Source: Snowella sp. (GTDB taxonomy: Bacteria > Cyanobacteriota > Cyanobacteriia > Cyanobacteriales > Microcystaceae). From it: a stretch of DNA of 64,000 nucleotides. The translations under genes and the position numbers were made by a program. Under the pieces are notes generated by a model that saw only the letters and a list, made by a program, of their open reading frames with translations, was not told where the DNA came from and made no database searches. Shown here in pieces: positions 20,602 to 30,943 of the stretch (the stretch's first letter is position 1; the number at the start of each line of letters is the position of its first letter). Where the stretch lies: the NCBI GenBank assembly GCA_035285545.1, contig JAYKGY010000036.1, positions 1 to 64,000 of the forward strand, read 5' to 3'.

Positions 20602-22254
20602 TTATTTTCGTTGAGGATTGATATTAATCTCGGTGGGTTGAATAAAATTAGGGCTGACGGATTGTGTCGGTTTGGGATTCACACCATCGGCACGATTGCG
20701 ACGATTTCCCCAACTTGTTCCCGCCGCAAATGCGCCTACTCCGATAACTAGGGTGGCCATTCCCATCAATAGCCAGGGGTTTTGCTCATTGAGAGACAAT
20801 AAACGGTTAAACGGTGACGCTTGAGGATTTTCGGTTGGAGTTTCTTGCGCTTGTTCAACAGTTGATGGGTCTGGGCTGCCACCGCGTAATGATTGGGCAT
20901 AGAGTTGGGGGGCGCGTCGAGTCACAATTTCATCCCCTTCAAATAAGCCTGTCTTGATTTCAACAAAATCACCGAAACTTTCTCCCAAAGTGACTTCAAC
21001 AGGTTGAAAGGCATCACCATTTTTGACATAGACCCGTTGTTGACCATTGGCTTCAATCACAGCCGTCTGGGGAATGGCTAAGACGGTAGAGGTCGTTTGT
21101 CCTGTGAGGATTTCTAATTCTGCAAACATACCTGGCTTTAAAACACCGTTAGCATTTTCGATAGCTGCTCGAACAGGAACAACTCTGCTTCCTTCTTCAA
21201 CCAGGGAACCAATAGTGGTAATTCGTCCGACAAATCGGCGATCGCCGACGGAGGCAACCTTCAACCGAATTGACTGACCTGATTTGACTTTCGCTAAATC
21301 TTTTTCATAAATATTGGCTGTTGCATAAACTCGACTATCGTTAATAATCGTCATCAGTTTTCCCCCCGCATCCTGAAACGATTGCCCCAGCGTCACTTCT
21401 CGATCAGCAACTCGCCCTGCAATGGGAGCCGTTACTGTGACTAATCCCCTGGCATCAGGACGGGCTTCCAGTTGAGCCAATCGGGTTTGATAAAGGGAAT
21501 TACTGAGTTGTAATCGGGTTTTGGCTAATTTAACGGCGGCCTCGGCTCGTTTGACTTGAGCTTCTGCATCGATCACTTCTCGACGGGTAGAAACTTTGGT
21601 GAGATTGGTTTGGGCTTCTTTATATTGGGTTTCAGACTCCAATGCATTACGACGGGGTAAGGCTCCTGCTTCAGCTAATTCTTTATCCCTGGCATATTTC
21701 TCTTGAAAAAACGCCAATTGACTGCGGGCCTGCCTAATTTCCGCATTGGCAATTTGGGAAAATTTTTGATAATTTTGTCGCGCTAAAGTTAAATCGGCCT
21801 GTGCATCCTGTAAGGCTCCTTCGGCTTCGGCTCGTTTTTCTTGGGAATCCACCCGTAACTCCACTAATTGGGGGCTATATAAAACAGCAACGGCTTGACC
21901 TGCTGTGACCCTATCGCCTGGTTCAACTAAGAGTTCTAAAACTTTTGCTCCCTCAATAGGCGTAGTGACTTCTACTTGTTTACTGGGTAAGGTTTCGATT
22001 TTCCCCGTCGTTTTTAGGGAAATATTTAGGTTTTTTCTGGTTACAGGCTCAATCCTAATTCCCAGCCGTTGGATCGTTTCTTGATCCACTTGGATGGCGT
22101 TTGGGGTTACTGTTGTTGCATCTCCGCCCTCAAATTCGTGGCTATGGCCACCGTGAGATAAGACTGCATTGGGCGTTGCCAAAATGAACACTAAAACAGC
22201 AACCCATAGGCGATATAACGATAAAATAGGTGGAAAATAATCAAATTTTATCAT
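20602..22254 (-). CDS. RND periplasmic adaptor (membrane fusion protein; CopB-like)
   Basis: HGGHSH N-terminus, lipoyl-like motifs, helical hairpin, LKPGMFAE. Confidence 0.9.
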   Translation of the reverse strand: MIKFDYFPPILSLYRLWVAVLVFILATPNAVLSHGGHSHEFEGGDATTVTPNAIQVDQETIQRLGIRIEPVTRKNLNISLKTTGKIETLPSKQVEVTTPIEGAKVLELLVEPGDRVTAGQAVAVLYSPQLVELRVDSQEKRAEAEGALQDAQADLTLARQNYQKFSQIANAEIRQARSQLAFFQEKYARDKELAEAGALPRRNALESETQYKEAQTNLTKVSTRREVIDAEAQVKRAEAAVKLAKTRLQLSNSLYQTRLAQLEARPDARGLVTVTAPIAGRVADREVTLGQSFQDAGGKLMTIINDSRVYATANIYEKDLAKVKSGQSIRLKVASVGDRRFVGRITTIGSLVEEGSRVVPVRAAIENANGVLKPGMFAELEILTGQTTSTVLAIPQTAVIEANGQQRVYVKNGDAFQPVEVTLGESFGDFVEIKTGLFEGDEIVTRRAPQLYAQSLRGGSPDPSTVEQAQETPTENPQASPFNRLLSLNEQNPWLLMGMATLVIGVGAFAAGTSWGNRRNRADGVNPKPTQSVSPNFIQPTEININPQRK

Positions 22255-22310
22255 CAGAAATCTCAGCTTTTGGCGACGAAAGGCACTTAATTTGAGTATT
22301 CCTGGTAATG

Positions 22311-22327
22311 ATGAAATCAGGATGAAA
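22311..22327 (-). promoter_or_regulatory. CopR-type box TTTCAT-N5-TTTCAT upstream of the RND operon
   Basis: Minus strand reads TTTCATCCTGATTTCAT, then AATACT (-10-like) 10 nt downstream. Confidence 0.8.
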
Positions 22328-22394
22328 TTGAGGAATTCGGCTTAGTTGATTAATTTTGTTGTTGTGAGACAGAGGTGCAGGGGAATAACCCGTT

Positions 22395-23069
22395 TTACCG
22401 TTGATACCAGTCTTTGCGCCATTGCTTCATTTGTTCAATTTCCTGTTGTTGAGAGGCTAAGATGGCTTGCGATAATTCTTGAATTTCTGCCCGTTGGGAT
22501 TTACTTAAGGCATCTTTGGCCATCACTAATGCACCTTCGTGGTGAGGAATCATGGCATCGATAAAGCGGAGGTCAAATTCCGTATCCCCTTTGCCTAGAT
22601 CCATGTGCATCATCATGGCTTGCGTCTGTTCTGGATTCATCGCTGTTGAGTGATTCATTTTGGTGTGCCACATGAGGGGTTGATCACTCGCTTTGGCATA
22701 CCAGGATTTTCGCCAGGCTTTCATTTGAGCTATCTCTTGTTCTTGTGCCTCAATGATGGCTTGGGCCAGTTTTTTCATTTCAGGACGTTGGGAATTTTGA
22801 AGAACAACTTCCGCCATGTTGACTGCGCCCTGGTGGTGCAAAATCATGGAATCGATAAAGCGTAGATCGTATTCCCCGTCAGCAGGCCCTAATGTCATTG
22901 ACATCTCGTGATGGCTGTTGTGGGTGGGAGATTGTTGATGATGTGGCATTCCTCCTAAATGGTGGTGCGCGATCGCCGACGTTGTTCGAGAATAAATTGT
23001 CAGCGCGATCGGTACACTGATCAAAGTAAAGAAGACCGCTAGACGTTTTTTTGCCGATTGTGGGTTCAT
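22395..23069 (-). CDS. copM: DUF305 His/Met-rich copper metallochaperone (CopM-like)
   Basis: Signal peptide; two DLRFIDxMIxHHxGA repeats; His/Met-rich. Confidence 0.85.
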   Translation of the reverse strand: MNPQSAKKRLAVFFTLISVPIALTIYSRTTSAIAHHHLGGMPHHQQSPTHNSHHEMSMTLGPADGEYDLRFIDSMILHHQGAVNMAEVVLQNSQRPEMKKLAQAIIEAQEQEIAQMKAWRKSWYAKASDQPLMWHTKMNHSTAMNPEQTQAMMMHMDLGKGDTEFDLRFIDAMIPHHEGALVMAKDALSKSQRAEIQELSQAILASQQQEIEQMKQWRKDWYQR

Positions 23070-23117
23070 CGCTTTTGCCCCCTAAATGGATTCCACTCTT
23101 GAGATTGACAGATAAAG

Positions 23118-23134
23118 ATGAAATCAGGATGAAA
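23118..23134 (-). promoter_or_regulatory. CopR-type box TTTCAT-N5-TTTCAT upstream of copM
   Basis: Identical 17-mer to 22311-22327; CAATCT 10 nt downstream. Confidence 0.8.
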
Positions 23135-23250
23135 AACCCAATTGAGTTAACACTGATTGAGTCAATAAGATTACTGAATTCCCATATAAACTTTCTAACG
23201 TTCTCCTCGGTTGTGCCTAGCGATTATCGATGCTGTGGGATAGCTGTATT

Positions 23251-26200
23251 TTAGGAGTTTTGAATTAAGGTTTGAATTTTTGCTGCGAGTTCGCGCAATT
23301 TTACAGGTTTACTCATATATTGATTCGCTCCCGCCTCTAAACACCGTTCGAGATCTCCTTCCATCGCTAAGGCGGTCAACGCAATAATCGGCGTTTTAGC
23401 AAAGTTGGGTTGAAGGCGAATTTGTCGAATTGCTTCTAAACCATCCATTTCAGGCATTTGGATGTCCATTACAATTAAATCGGGCAACTGAGACTGGGTG
23501 AGAAAAAGGGCTTCTTTCCCATTATGGGCACAAATAAGACGATGCCCTTTGGCTTCAAGATAGCTACTGATGGTAATAATGTTGGCTTGATTATCCTCGA
23601 CTAATAAAATTAAGGGGGGTTGAGAGGCGATTTCTTCGTGCTGGTCTAGGGTCAAATCTGGTTGAATGAGATCGGTTGGTGGTTTATTTGATGGGTAAGC
23701 AGAATCATTCAATGACTCACAGGGCAAATCAATGGTAAAACAACTACCAACGCCTAATTGACTCGTTAATCCCACTTTACCGCCGTGAAGTTCTACAATT
23801 TGCTTAACTAAGGCTAATCCTAGTCCCGTTCCCGTATATTGGCGATTGAGGGCACTGTCAATTTGTACAAACGGCTTGAAGAGGCGATCAATATTGTCTT
23901 CGGCAATGCCAATTCCCGTATCGGTGATGGCAATTCGTAGGAAGTTTTGTTGATTTTCGGTTACTAAGGAGACGGTTAAGGTGATGGTTCCGTCTTCGGG
24001 GGTAAATTTAACGGCATTATTGAGTAAATTAATTAAAACTTGTCGAATTCGTCGTTCATCAATCCACAAATCGGGCAGGTGAGAAGGAATTTGGGTAAGC
24101 AATTGTAATCGTTTTTTTAAGGATTGTTGTTTGATAAAGGCGAGGCTGGCTGCACAAAGGGGCGCGATCGCGACATAGGCGTAGGTTAACTCCATCTGAC
24201 CCGATTCAATTTTGGCCACATCAAGAATGTCATTAATGAGAGAAAGTAGGTGATTGGCACTATTTTCAATCGTGGTTAAGGCATGGCTTTGTTTGGGGTT
24301 AATTTCTCCAAAGACGGCTTCTTGTAACCCTTCTGTCATCCCTAAAATCGCATTGAGAGGAGTCCGCAGTTCATGGCTCATATTGGCCAAAAATTCATCC
24401 TTGAGACGAGTGGCTCGAATAAGTTCTTGGTTGGTTTGTTGCAGTTTGGCTTCGGCTTCTTTGCGATCGCTGATATCGACAACCACACAAACCGATGTTT
24501 GCTCAACCATCGAAATCCTGGCGACCCCAATCAGTACAGAAACGGGATGCCCATCCTTATGTAAATAAACCTTTTCCCACGGGGCAATGGAATCGTATTG
24601 GTGAAGGTGCGCGATCGCGTCTAGGTCTTTCTGTCTATCCCCTGGGAGCGTAATGTCTACCCAATTGATCAGTCCGGCATTGAGTTCTTCCCTGGTATAA
24701 CCAATCATGGCAAGAAACCGATCATTGGCTTCAGTAATATCTCCCTCAAAGTTGGTAAACATCATGCCCACCACATTGGAGTCAAAAACTCGACGAAAAC
24801 GATTTTCACTAGCCCGTAGATCAATTTCTGCTTGCTGACGTTCCGTAATATCTTGAATAATGGCTAAGACATTGGCCTGATTGTCCGCGTCGAAAAATAA
24901 AGAAGTCGTGATCGAAATTACCCGTTGGGAGCCATCTTTATGATGAATTTGCCACTTTTCTGAAAAAAGATTATCCCCTTGACGCATCCTACCCATACGG
25001 GCGATCGCCTGGGCTTGAATATCAGGATCGGGATATAAGCTTTGATACCATCCAAAATGATTAATTTCTGCTTGAGTATAGCCGGTAATCACCTCCATTT
25101 GCGGATTCCAAACCGAAAATTGAACAAACGGAAAATCAGTAATCTCTCGGCAAACGCATAGCCCCTCGGCCATGGTGTCTAAAATTTGGCGACGGAACAG
25201 ATTATCTTGCTGTAAGGCTAATTCGCTAACTTTTCGTTCTCGAATATCCCGAAGAATACCTTGAATAATGGTTTCCCCGTTAATCTCTAAAACCGAGACA
25301 CTCACATCAAAGGGAATGGTTTCCCCCGTTTGACAACGTAAATTTACATCTAAAAGCTGGGAATATTGGCGATTAACTAACCCCTCAAAGACTTCTAGCA
25401 TTTTAGGGAGATTCTCTGGCGGTTGGAGTTGGGAAAAATGCATAAAGGTTAGTTCGTGGCGACTATAACCCAATAACTCTTCCGCTTTGTAATTGGCTTC
25501 TAGAATATACCCTTGCACATTGATTAATAAAATGGCATCCCCTGCCCCATCCATCAAGGCCCGATAACGGGTTTCCTGGGCTTGCAGTTCGGCAGTTCGT
25601 TGGATGACCCGTTCTTCTAGTTCCGCATTGAGATGCTCAAGGGCCAATTCCGCCTGTTTGAGTTCCGTAATGTCTAAAACGGTTCCTTTTGAGAGTAGGG
25701 GAGTTCCATCCTCTGCATATTGGGTTTCACATTGTTCTTGGACGTATTTAATGCTGCCATCGGGAAATAGAATACGGTGGGTAATTTTATAGGGAACGCG
25801 ATCGCGGAGGTGTTGGTGATAGGCTTGATTTACCAAATCGCGATCGTCGGGATGTACCGCATTCAGAAAATCATCATAGACAAAACCACACGGCTGAGGT
25901 TCCATGCCAAAAATACTGAAAACCTCGTCCGACCAATAGCCCTTATCATTTAAGAGATTTAATTCCCAATGGCCTAAATGGGCAATTCGTTGAGCTTCCC
26001 GTAGTCGTTCACTGGTTTGATAGAGTTCCTGTTCCGCTTGCTTCCGTTGTGTGATATCTGCTGCAATTCCGCAGACCCTCGTGGCTTGCCCCATCTCGTT
26101 TTTGACTAAAAAACTACGGTCTAAAATCCAGCGTAAAGAACCATCAGGGCGCACAATTCGATATTCTACTTCTGTCTGATTACCCAATCGTTGCTGCTCG

Positions 26201-27054
26201 TAGGCTTGAGTCACAATGGGGCGATCTTCAGCATAAACATTATCCATATAGGATTGGGGCGCATCATACAAACTTTGGCAAGAACGTCCCCAAATCGTTT
26301 CGTAACTGGGGTTGAGGTAAAGAACTTGATTGGTTTGAATATCGGCGAGATAAAACACTTGACGAATATTTTCCGCTAATTGCCGAAAGCGAGTTTCACT
26401 TTCACTCAATTCCTGTTCTTTCCGTTTGCGCTCCGTAATATCAGTAATTGTCCCCACAATCTTAATGATTTTACCTTGAGCGTCTTTTAAGAGTTGGTTA
26501 CGGTCTTCAATCCAAAAATAATGACCTGCTTGATGTCGTATTTGATACTCAACCTGAAATAAATGGTCTTCCTCGGTAATTTGGGCAATTTTTGCCATAA
26601 AAGCTTGAAATCGCCCCTGATCCGCTGGATGAATTAAATTGATCCAATCCTGTAAAGATAGGGGCACAAATTGGGGGGCATAACCTAAAATTTTGGGAAA
26701 ATTGCTTCCCCAGATCGTAATATCTTTTTCGATGTTGTATTCGTAAATGATTTGACTACTGGCCTGCTCCGCCAATTCGTAGCGATCGCGCCAAATTGTC
26801 AGTTCCGCTATCTGTTGTTGATATGCTGTGTCCCTCCGCGTTTGGAGAAGATAATCTGCAATCTCACGGGTTAGTAAACCGACTAATCCATTATTTTCAT
26901 CAACAATGGGTAAATAACGAATTTGATGCTGCTGGAATAAATCTTGGGCGATCGCTAAATCGGTTAATTCTGACTCACGTAAATGAAGGGGGGAAGCAGA
27001 AATAACGCTGACTGATGGACACATCTTTTTAAAAGCAATAAAAGATAGAGTCAT
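23251..27054 (-). CDS. Hybrid histidine kinase (partial CBS, about six PAS, HisKA, HATPase, REC), 5'-truncated by an IS
   Basis: FLANMSHELRTPLN; C-terminal REC PDLIVMDIQMP; CBS remnant HQIRYLPIVD. The first ~15 codons lie inside the IS end. Confidence 0.85.
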   Translation of the reverse strand: MTLSFIAFKKMCPSVSVISASPLHLRESELTDLAIAQDLFQQHQIRYLPIVDENNGLVGLLTREIADYLLQTRRDTAYQQQIAELTIWRDRYELAEQASSQIIYEYNIEKDITIWGSNFPKILGYAPQFVPLSLQDWINLIHPADQGRFQAFMAKIAQITEEDHLFQVEYQIRHQAGHYFWIEDRNQLLKDAQGKIIKIVGTITDITERKRKEQELSESETRFRQLAENIRQVFYLADIQTNQVLYLNPSYETIWGRSCQSLYDAPQSYMDNVYAEDRPIVTQAYEQQRLGNQTEVEYRIVRPDGSLRWILDRSFLVKNEMGQATRVCGIAADITQRKQAEQELYQTSERLREAQRIAHLGHWELNLLNDKGYWSDEVFSIFGMEPQPCGFVYDDFLNAVHPDDRDLVNQAYHQHLRDRVPYKITHRILFPDGSIKYVQEQCETQYAEDGTPLLSKGTVLDITELKQAELALEHLNAELEERVIQRTAELQAQETRYRALMDGAGDAILLINVQGYILEANYKAEELLGYSRHELTFMHFSQLQPPENLPKMLEVFEGLVNRQYSQLLDVNLRCQTGETIPFDVSVSVLEINGETIIQGILRDIRERKVSELALQQDNLFRRQILDTMAEGLCVCREITDFPFVQFSVWNPQMEVITGYTQAEINHFGWYQSLYPDPDIQAQAIARMGRMRQGDNLFSEKWQIHHKDGSQRVISITTSLFFDADNQANVLAIIQDITERQQAEIDLRASENRFRRVFDSNVVGMMFTNFEGDITEANDRFLAMIGYTREELNAGLINWVDITLPGDRQKDLDAIAHLHQYDSIAPWEKVYLHKDGHPVSVLIGVARISMVEQTSVCVVVDISDRKEAEAKLQQTNQELIRATRLKDEFLANMSHELRTPLNAILGMTEGLQEAVFGEINPKQSHALTTIENSANHLLSLINDILDVAKIESGQMELTYAYVAIAPLCAASLAFIKQQSLKKRLQLLTQIPSHLPDLWIDERRIRQVLINLLNNAVKFTPEDGTITLTVSLVTENQQNFLRIAITDTGIGIAEDNIDRLFKPFVQIDSALNRQYTGTGLGLALVKQIVELHGGKVGLTSQLGVGSCFTIDLPCESLNDSAYPSNKPPTDLIQPDLTLDQHEEIASQPPLILLVEDNQANIITISSYLEAKGHRLICAHNGKEALFLTQSQLPDLIVMDIQMPEMDGLEAIRQIRLQPNFAKTPIIALTALAMEGDLERCLEAGANQYMSKPVKLRELAAKIQTLIQNS

Positions 27055-28331
27055 GTAAAAGCCTCAAACTCTTGAATAAAGGCAAAAGTAATTCGTAAAT
27101 AATAATCATGGCGGGCTTTGTTAGAAGCAAAACAAGGAGCAGGGGCAACAGACAATAAGTGGTCAAGCCTTAGAAAGGGGCGAGCTTTATGCACAACGCC
27201 AGTCAGCCAACGTAAGCCGATTGTTAAATAACTCAAGCCCCGACGAAAATGAGCATCAACCAGACGACGAGAGCCAGACTGGTGAACAGCCATGCCCGTT
27301 AAAGTGGCAAAGAGAATAGAAATGGCAATAACAAGATAAAGACGTTCTAAAGAGGCAGCAGAACGAACATGAGAATTCTGCCAGTCAAAAATACCCGATT
27401 TACTATCGAGAAAAAGATGTTCAATCCGAAAACGAAGACCATACTGCCAGAAAGTATCGAGGGTGGGAGATTCGTCGGTAAGAATAGCCCAGTTATCTTT
27501 GACACCGGGGACAGAAGCTAAGGCGAGGTGAGCAGTGAGCCGAACGTCCTGCCAGACTTGAACGTTGTGATAAAAGCAGGCTTGTCGTTTGGGAGGATAC
27601 AGTTCTCTGACTTCATAGCCAAAACCGCGACGACGCACCCCATAAATGAGGGTATCAGAGGGTAAGCGGATACACCAATGCCAAGCATTTTTCTTAAGCC
27701 ATTCAATTAATCGGTGATTGGCAAATCCTCGGTCTGCCAAAAGCATAATATTCTCAAAGCCTTGAAGATGGTCTTTAGCCCTGTCTAACAAGGGTTCGTA
27801 TTTCTCAAAAGCCAGACTAGCACTGCCATGTTCTAATCCCATCCACATCAAAGGCACTGCTCTTCCTCCACAGACAATGGCTAGATAGACGAAGCAGTAT
27901 TGATTCCACAGTAGGGTGGTATCCATCGCTAAGTACAGTCTTTCCTTCTTTTCTTTCCACGTCTGTATGGCTCTCAATATCAAAGGAATATAGACCTTTT
28001 CTATCCCTACTCTTCCATTGTGGAAAAAACGACTCCACCGCTTCTGGTAACTATTGGCTTGTTCGGCTCTACTTTGTACATACGCCTCCCATCTGGCTTG
28101 ATTGAGGCTTTGACTACTGAGTACGGCTGTTACTATCCAACTGATTACTGTTAGATGTCTTTTGTCCACAAATTGGCTTCCCTGCTCTAGATAACGATAC
28201 ACTTGGGAGAAGATATTGTTCTGGGTTTTCATCTTGTAGGATTTCTTACTTTTTTCCTACTTACCCAGATTTTTTCTTTTTTGACAACCCTTGTCTCGTC
28301 AGACTTTTACACACTTGTGTCCGTCAGTCAG
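27008..28331 (-). mobile_element. IS4-family insertion sequence
   Basis: 16-bp terminal inverted repeats CTGACTGATGGACACA (27008-27023) and TGTGTCCGTCAGTCAG (28316-28331), one mismatch; no obvious target duplication. Confidence 0.9.
27051..28232 (-). CDS. IS4-family DDE transposase
   Basis: LAMDTT, LLADRGF, and YREK motif YGLRFRIEHLFLDSK. Confidence 0.9.
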   Translation of the reverse strand: MKTQNNIFSQVYRYLEQGSQFVDKRHLTVISWIVTAVLSSQSLNQARWEAYVQSRAEQANSYQKRWSRFFHNGRVGIEKVYIPLILRAIQTWKEKKERLYLAMDTTLLWNQYCFVYLAIVCGGRAVPLMWMGLEHGSASLAFEKYEPLLDRAKDHLQGFENIMLLADRGFANHRLIEWLKKNAWHWCIRLPSDTLIYGVRRRGFGYEVRELYPPKRQACFYHNVQVWQDVRLTAHLALASVPGVKDNWAILTDESPTLDTFWQYGLRFRIEHLFLDSKSGIFDWQNSHVRSAASLERLYLVIAISILFATLTGMAVHQSGSRRLVDAHFRRGLSYLTIGLRWLTGVVHKARPFLRLDHLLSVAPAPCFASNKARHDYYLRITFAFIQEFEAFT

Positions 28332-28364
28332 AAGACTACCTCCTTGAAACCCCCAGTCAATTGC

Positions 28365-29438
28365 CTATTTTTCTTTTTCTAAATACTCTGAAACAGTCGC
28401 TTTAAGGATTGTCGAGAATTCATAAATATCATTAAGATTATTAATTGAATGTTTAGTTTCTTTTTTGTTTTCAAACGTACTGATGTATTTTTTAACTGAA
28501 GAATTGAGATGAAGGCGGCAAATAGGTTTCCGATTATTATCATCTAGCAGAATACCACAGTAGCTTTTAGTATCTCTCATGATGACTCTATTAGCATCTA
28601 CAATATCTCTAACAATTGCTTTAACTATATGATAAGCTTCAATTTCTTCTTCAGTTGTTACTACACCTTCATCAAAAACCTCATTTAGAGGATTATCTTC
28701 TATTACTTCGGTTTCTTTCGGAATTTCAAGATCAAGCGCTGACTTTAATCGATCATTGATTTTTTCCCGAATAAATTGATTTAATGCGTTTTTAACAACT
28801 CCTGAAAATTGACTAATAACCGCTTGTGTTTTAATTCCAGAATACACTTGAGCAACAAAGAATTTAATAAATTCATCTGATGGATTATTTATTTCATCTG
28901 CGAATATTTTTTTGATTGCACTAGTATATTTGAGTGTGCTAGCCGTTGCAAGTATATTATCTAAATCAAATGAAGATTTTGCAAATTTTTTCAATTCTTC
29001 AATATGATGATCTTCAAACTCAAGCATATTGAATTCGTAAAAAGGCGTTAAATCCATTTTGTTCTTTTCTTCAATATCAGAAAAGAATTTGTATATAATT
29101 CCGTTAGTTAAGATACTAAAGCGGCTTTCTGTAACAGAAAAATATCGATACAGTTGAGAAGCTTGCTCTTTTTGTAAATCTGCTTCCCAGTGCTTACATT
29201 CTATTAAAATTATTATTTTGTCATCTTTTTTGATTGCGTAATCTACCTTCTCTCCTTTTCTTATCCCAACATCTGCTGTAAATTCAGGGACGACTTCTAG
29301 CGGATTAAAAACATCATAACCAAGTGCGCTCAAGAAAGGCATAACAAACGCATTTTTTGTGGCTTCTTCCGTGAGTATATGATCACGTTGCTTGGGAATG
29401 CGAGATGCTAATTCTTTAATTTTATCTACTAAATCCAT
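28365..29438 (-). CDS. Stand-alone HsdR N-terminal-type PD-(D/E)xK nuclease domain protein
   Basis: TEEATKNAFVMPFL, GEKVDYAI...IECK, QLYRYF, ILTNG; no helicase motifs. Confidence 0.8.
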   Translation of the reverse strand: MDLVDKIKELASRIPKQRDHILTEEATKNAFVMPFLSALGYDVFNPLEVVPEFTADVGIRKGEKVDYAIKKDDKIIILIECKHWEADLQKEQASQLYRYFSVTESRFSILTNGIIYKFFSDIEEKNKMDLTPFYEFNMLEFEDHHIEELKKFAKSSFDLDNILATASTLKYTSAIKKIFADEINNPSDEFIKFFVAQVYSGIKTQAVISQFSGVVKNALNQFIREKINDRLKSALDLEIPKETEVIEDNPLNEVFDEGVVTTEEEIEAYHIVKAIVRDIVDANRVIMRDTKSYCGILLDDNNRKPICRLHLNSSVKKYISTFENKKETKHSINNLNDIYEFSTILKATVSEYLEKEK

Positions 29439-29638
29439 TTTAGAAACTCTTGATTCATAGCGATGGAGGAGTTAACGGCAAAGCCAAATTGAAAATTTGC
29501 CTAGTGATTCTTTAATCCACAGTTGTGAAGTACTGGACATAAAAATAATAACAAAACTGACCCAATAATTACGAATTTTTTACAAAACTATAAATTTTTC
29601 GTAATTCAAACACATTTTTAGAAAAAATTATTAGATCC

Positions 29639-30646
29639 CTATTGAATAAAACCTGCAATCTGTCGTAACAAAACGTATTCCCAACAAAATAGCGAATAAC
29701 CAAAACCTTGCCTCTGAACCGTTTTAATCTGATCCTGCAAAGCCTTAGACGTAAAAGGTGCGCCATTCCAACCGGCATAAAGTCCAATCCCCACAGGAAC
29801 ATACCGCGAAGCTGTCCGAATACCTGAAGAATTGACCGTTGCAGCAACATCAGCGGGCGTTTTGCGATAAACCTGTAACACGATCTCGTCAGCGATTCCT
29901 TGACGAACCCAAGCCAACCAATTTTGATTATATTTTTGTAGGGCAAAAGAATGGGGATTAGGCGAAATACTGAGGATCAACTGGGGATTTTTAGCCTTAA
30001 TATGCTCGTACAACTTGCGGGTTAAATTCGTTACAGCCTGACTCCTATTCCCAAAAGCACGAGGAACCGCCCAATGATCATCCAACTGAATCCCTTCTAA
30101 ATCTTTTTCCTTCAAAATATCGTCCATGTGGCTCAAAATATATTCCTGAACCGCTGGATTAGCCGGATCTAACCAAACATTATTATCAACAATCGTTTTT
30201 CCGTCAGTAGTCTTCAAAATCCAATGGGGATGCCGTTTCACAATCGGATCATCGGGCGGCAACATTAAACCAAACTCAAACCAAGCATAGGGCTTTAACC
30301 CTTGACGACGGGATTCTCTAACCGCCGCTCTCCAAGGATTCGTAAACGGTGGCAGTAGCAACCAATTGGTGGCAGTTTTTGAAGTCGGATAGAGCGTTCC
30401 CCTAAACCCATAAACACTAAAATAAACGCGATCATAACCAGAACGGGAAAAATGATGGAGCGTTTCATCTAATACCGTACTGTGATGTAACAAAGCCGTT
30501 CCGATATGGGTTAGCCAAACTGCCTGCATTTTCTCTTTAGAGATAGCCGGTCGAGACGGTGCGCGGTGAGTTGCCAATAGGAATAACACTAAACTGACAC
30601 CCATTCCGAAGCCCTTGAGATATTTTGTTGTTTTGAATTTTCCCAT
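29639..30646 (-). CDS. Secreted glycoside hydrolase-like protein (GHL10/DUF187 type)
   Basis: Signal sequence; AVWLT, YAWFEFG, WLDPANPAVQ, EGIQLDDH. Confidence 0.8.
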   Translation of the reverse strand: MGKFKTTKYLKGFGMGVSLVLFLLATHRAPSRPAISKEKMQAVWLTHIGTALLHHSTVLDETLHHFSRSGYDRVYFSVYGFRGTLYPTSKTATNWLLLPPFTNPWRAAVRESRRQGLKPYAWFEFGLMLPPDDPIVKRHPHWILKTTDGKTIVDNNVWLDPANPAVQEYILSHMDDILKEKDLEGIQLDDHWAVPRAFGNRSQAVTNLTRKLYEHIKAKNPQLILSISPNPHSFALQKYNQNWLAWVRQGIADEIVLQVYRKTPADVAATVNSSGIRTASRYVPVGIGLYAGWNGAPFTSKALQDQIKTVQRQGFGYSLFCWEYVLLRQIAGFIQ

Positions 30647-30943
30647 TAACAATCCTGATAAGCTATTCGGTTTTTCGGGTATTTTTAAGGATTTTAATTA
30701 TGAATTATTAACAATTAATCTTTAATGAAGGGGAATTTTGATGCAATCATTCAGCTAAATTCCTTTAGACAATTTATTAAGATTTTCAATTGCCATAATA
30801 ATTATCATAGCTTGAATTTCAGGAAGATTGACAGACGTTAAGAAAGCGTAATAGACAGAAACAAAAATGGTCAGCAGGGACGGCTAAATTGGTATTCCAG
30901 GCGCGATCGCGTAAGATAAAAACGGTAGTTCTTCGCTTTTAAT

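Noticed and set aside
29569..29946. 125-aa minus-strand ORF
   Set aside because: Alternative frame overlapping the glycoside hydrolase gene; no recognisable motifs.
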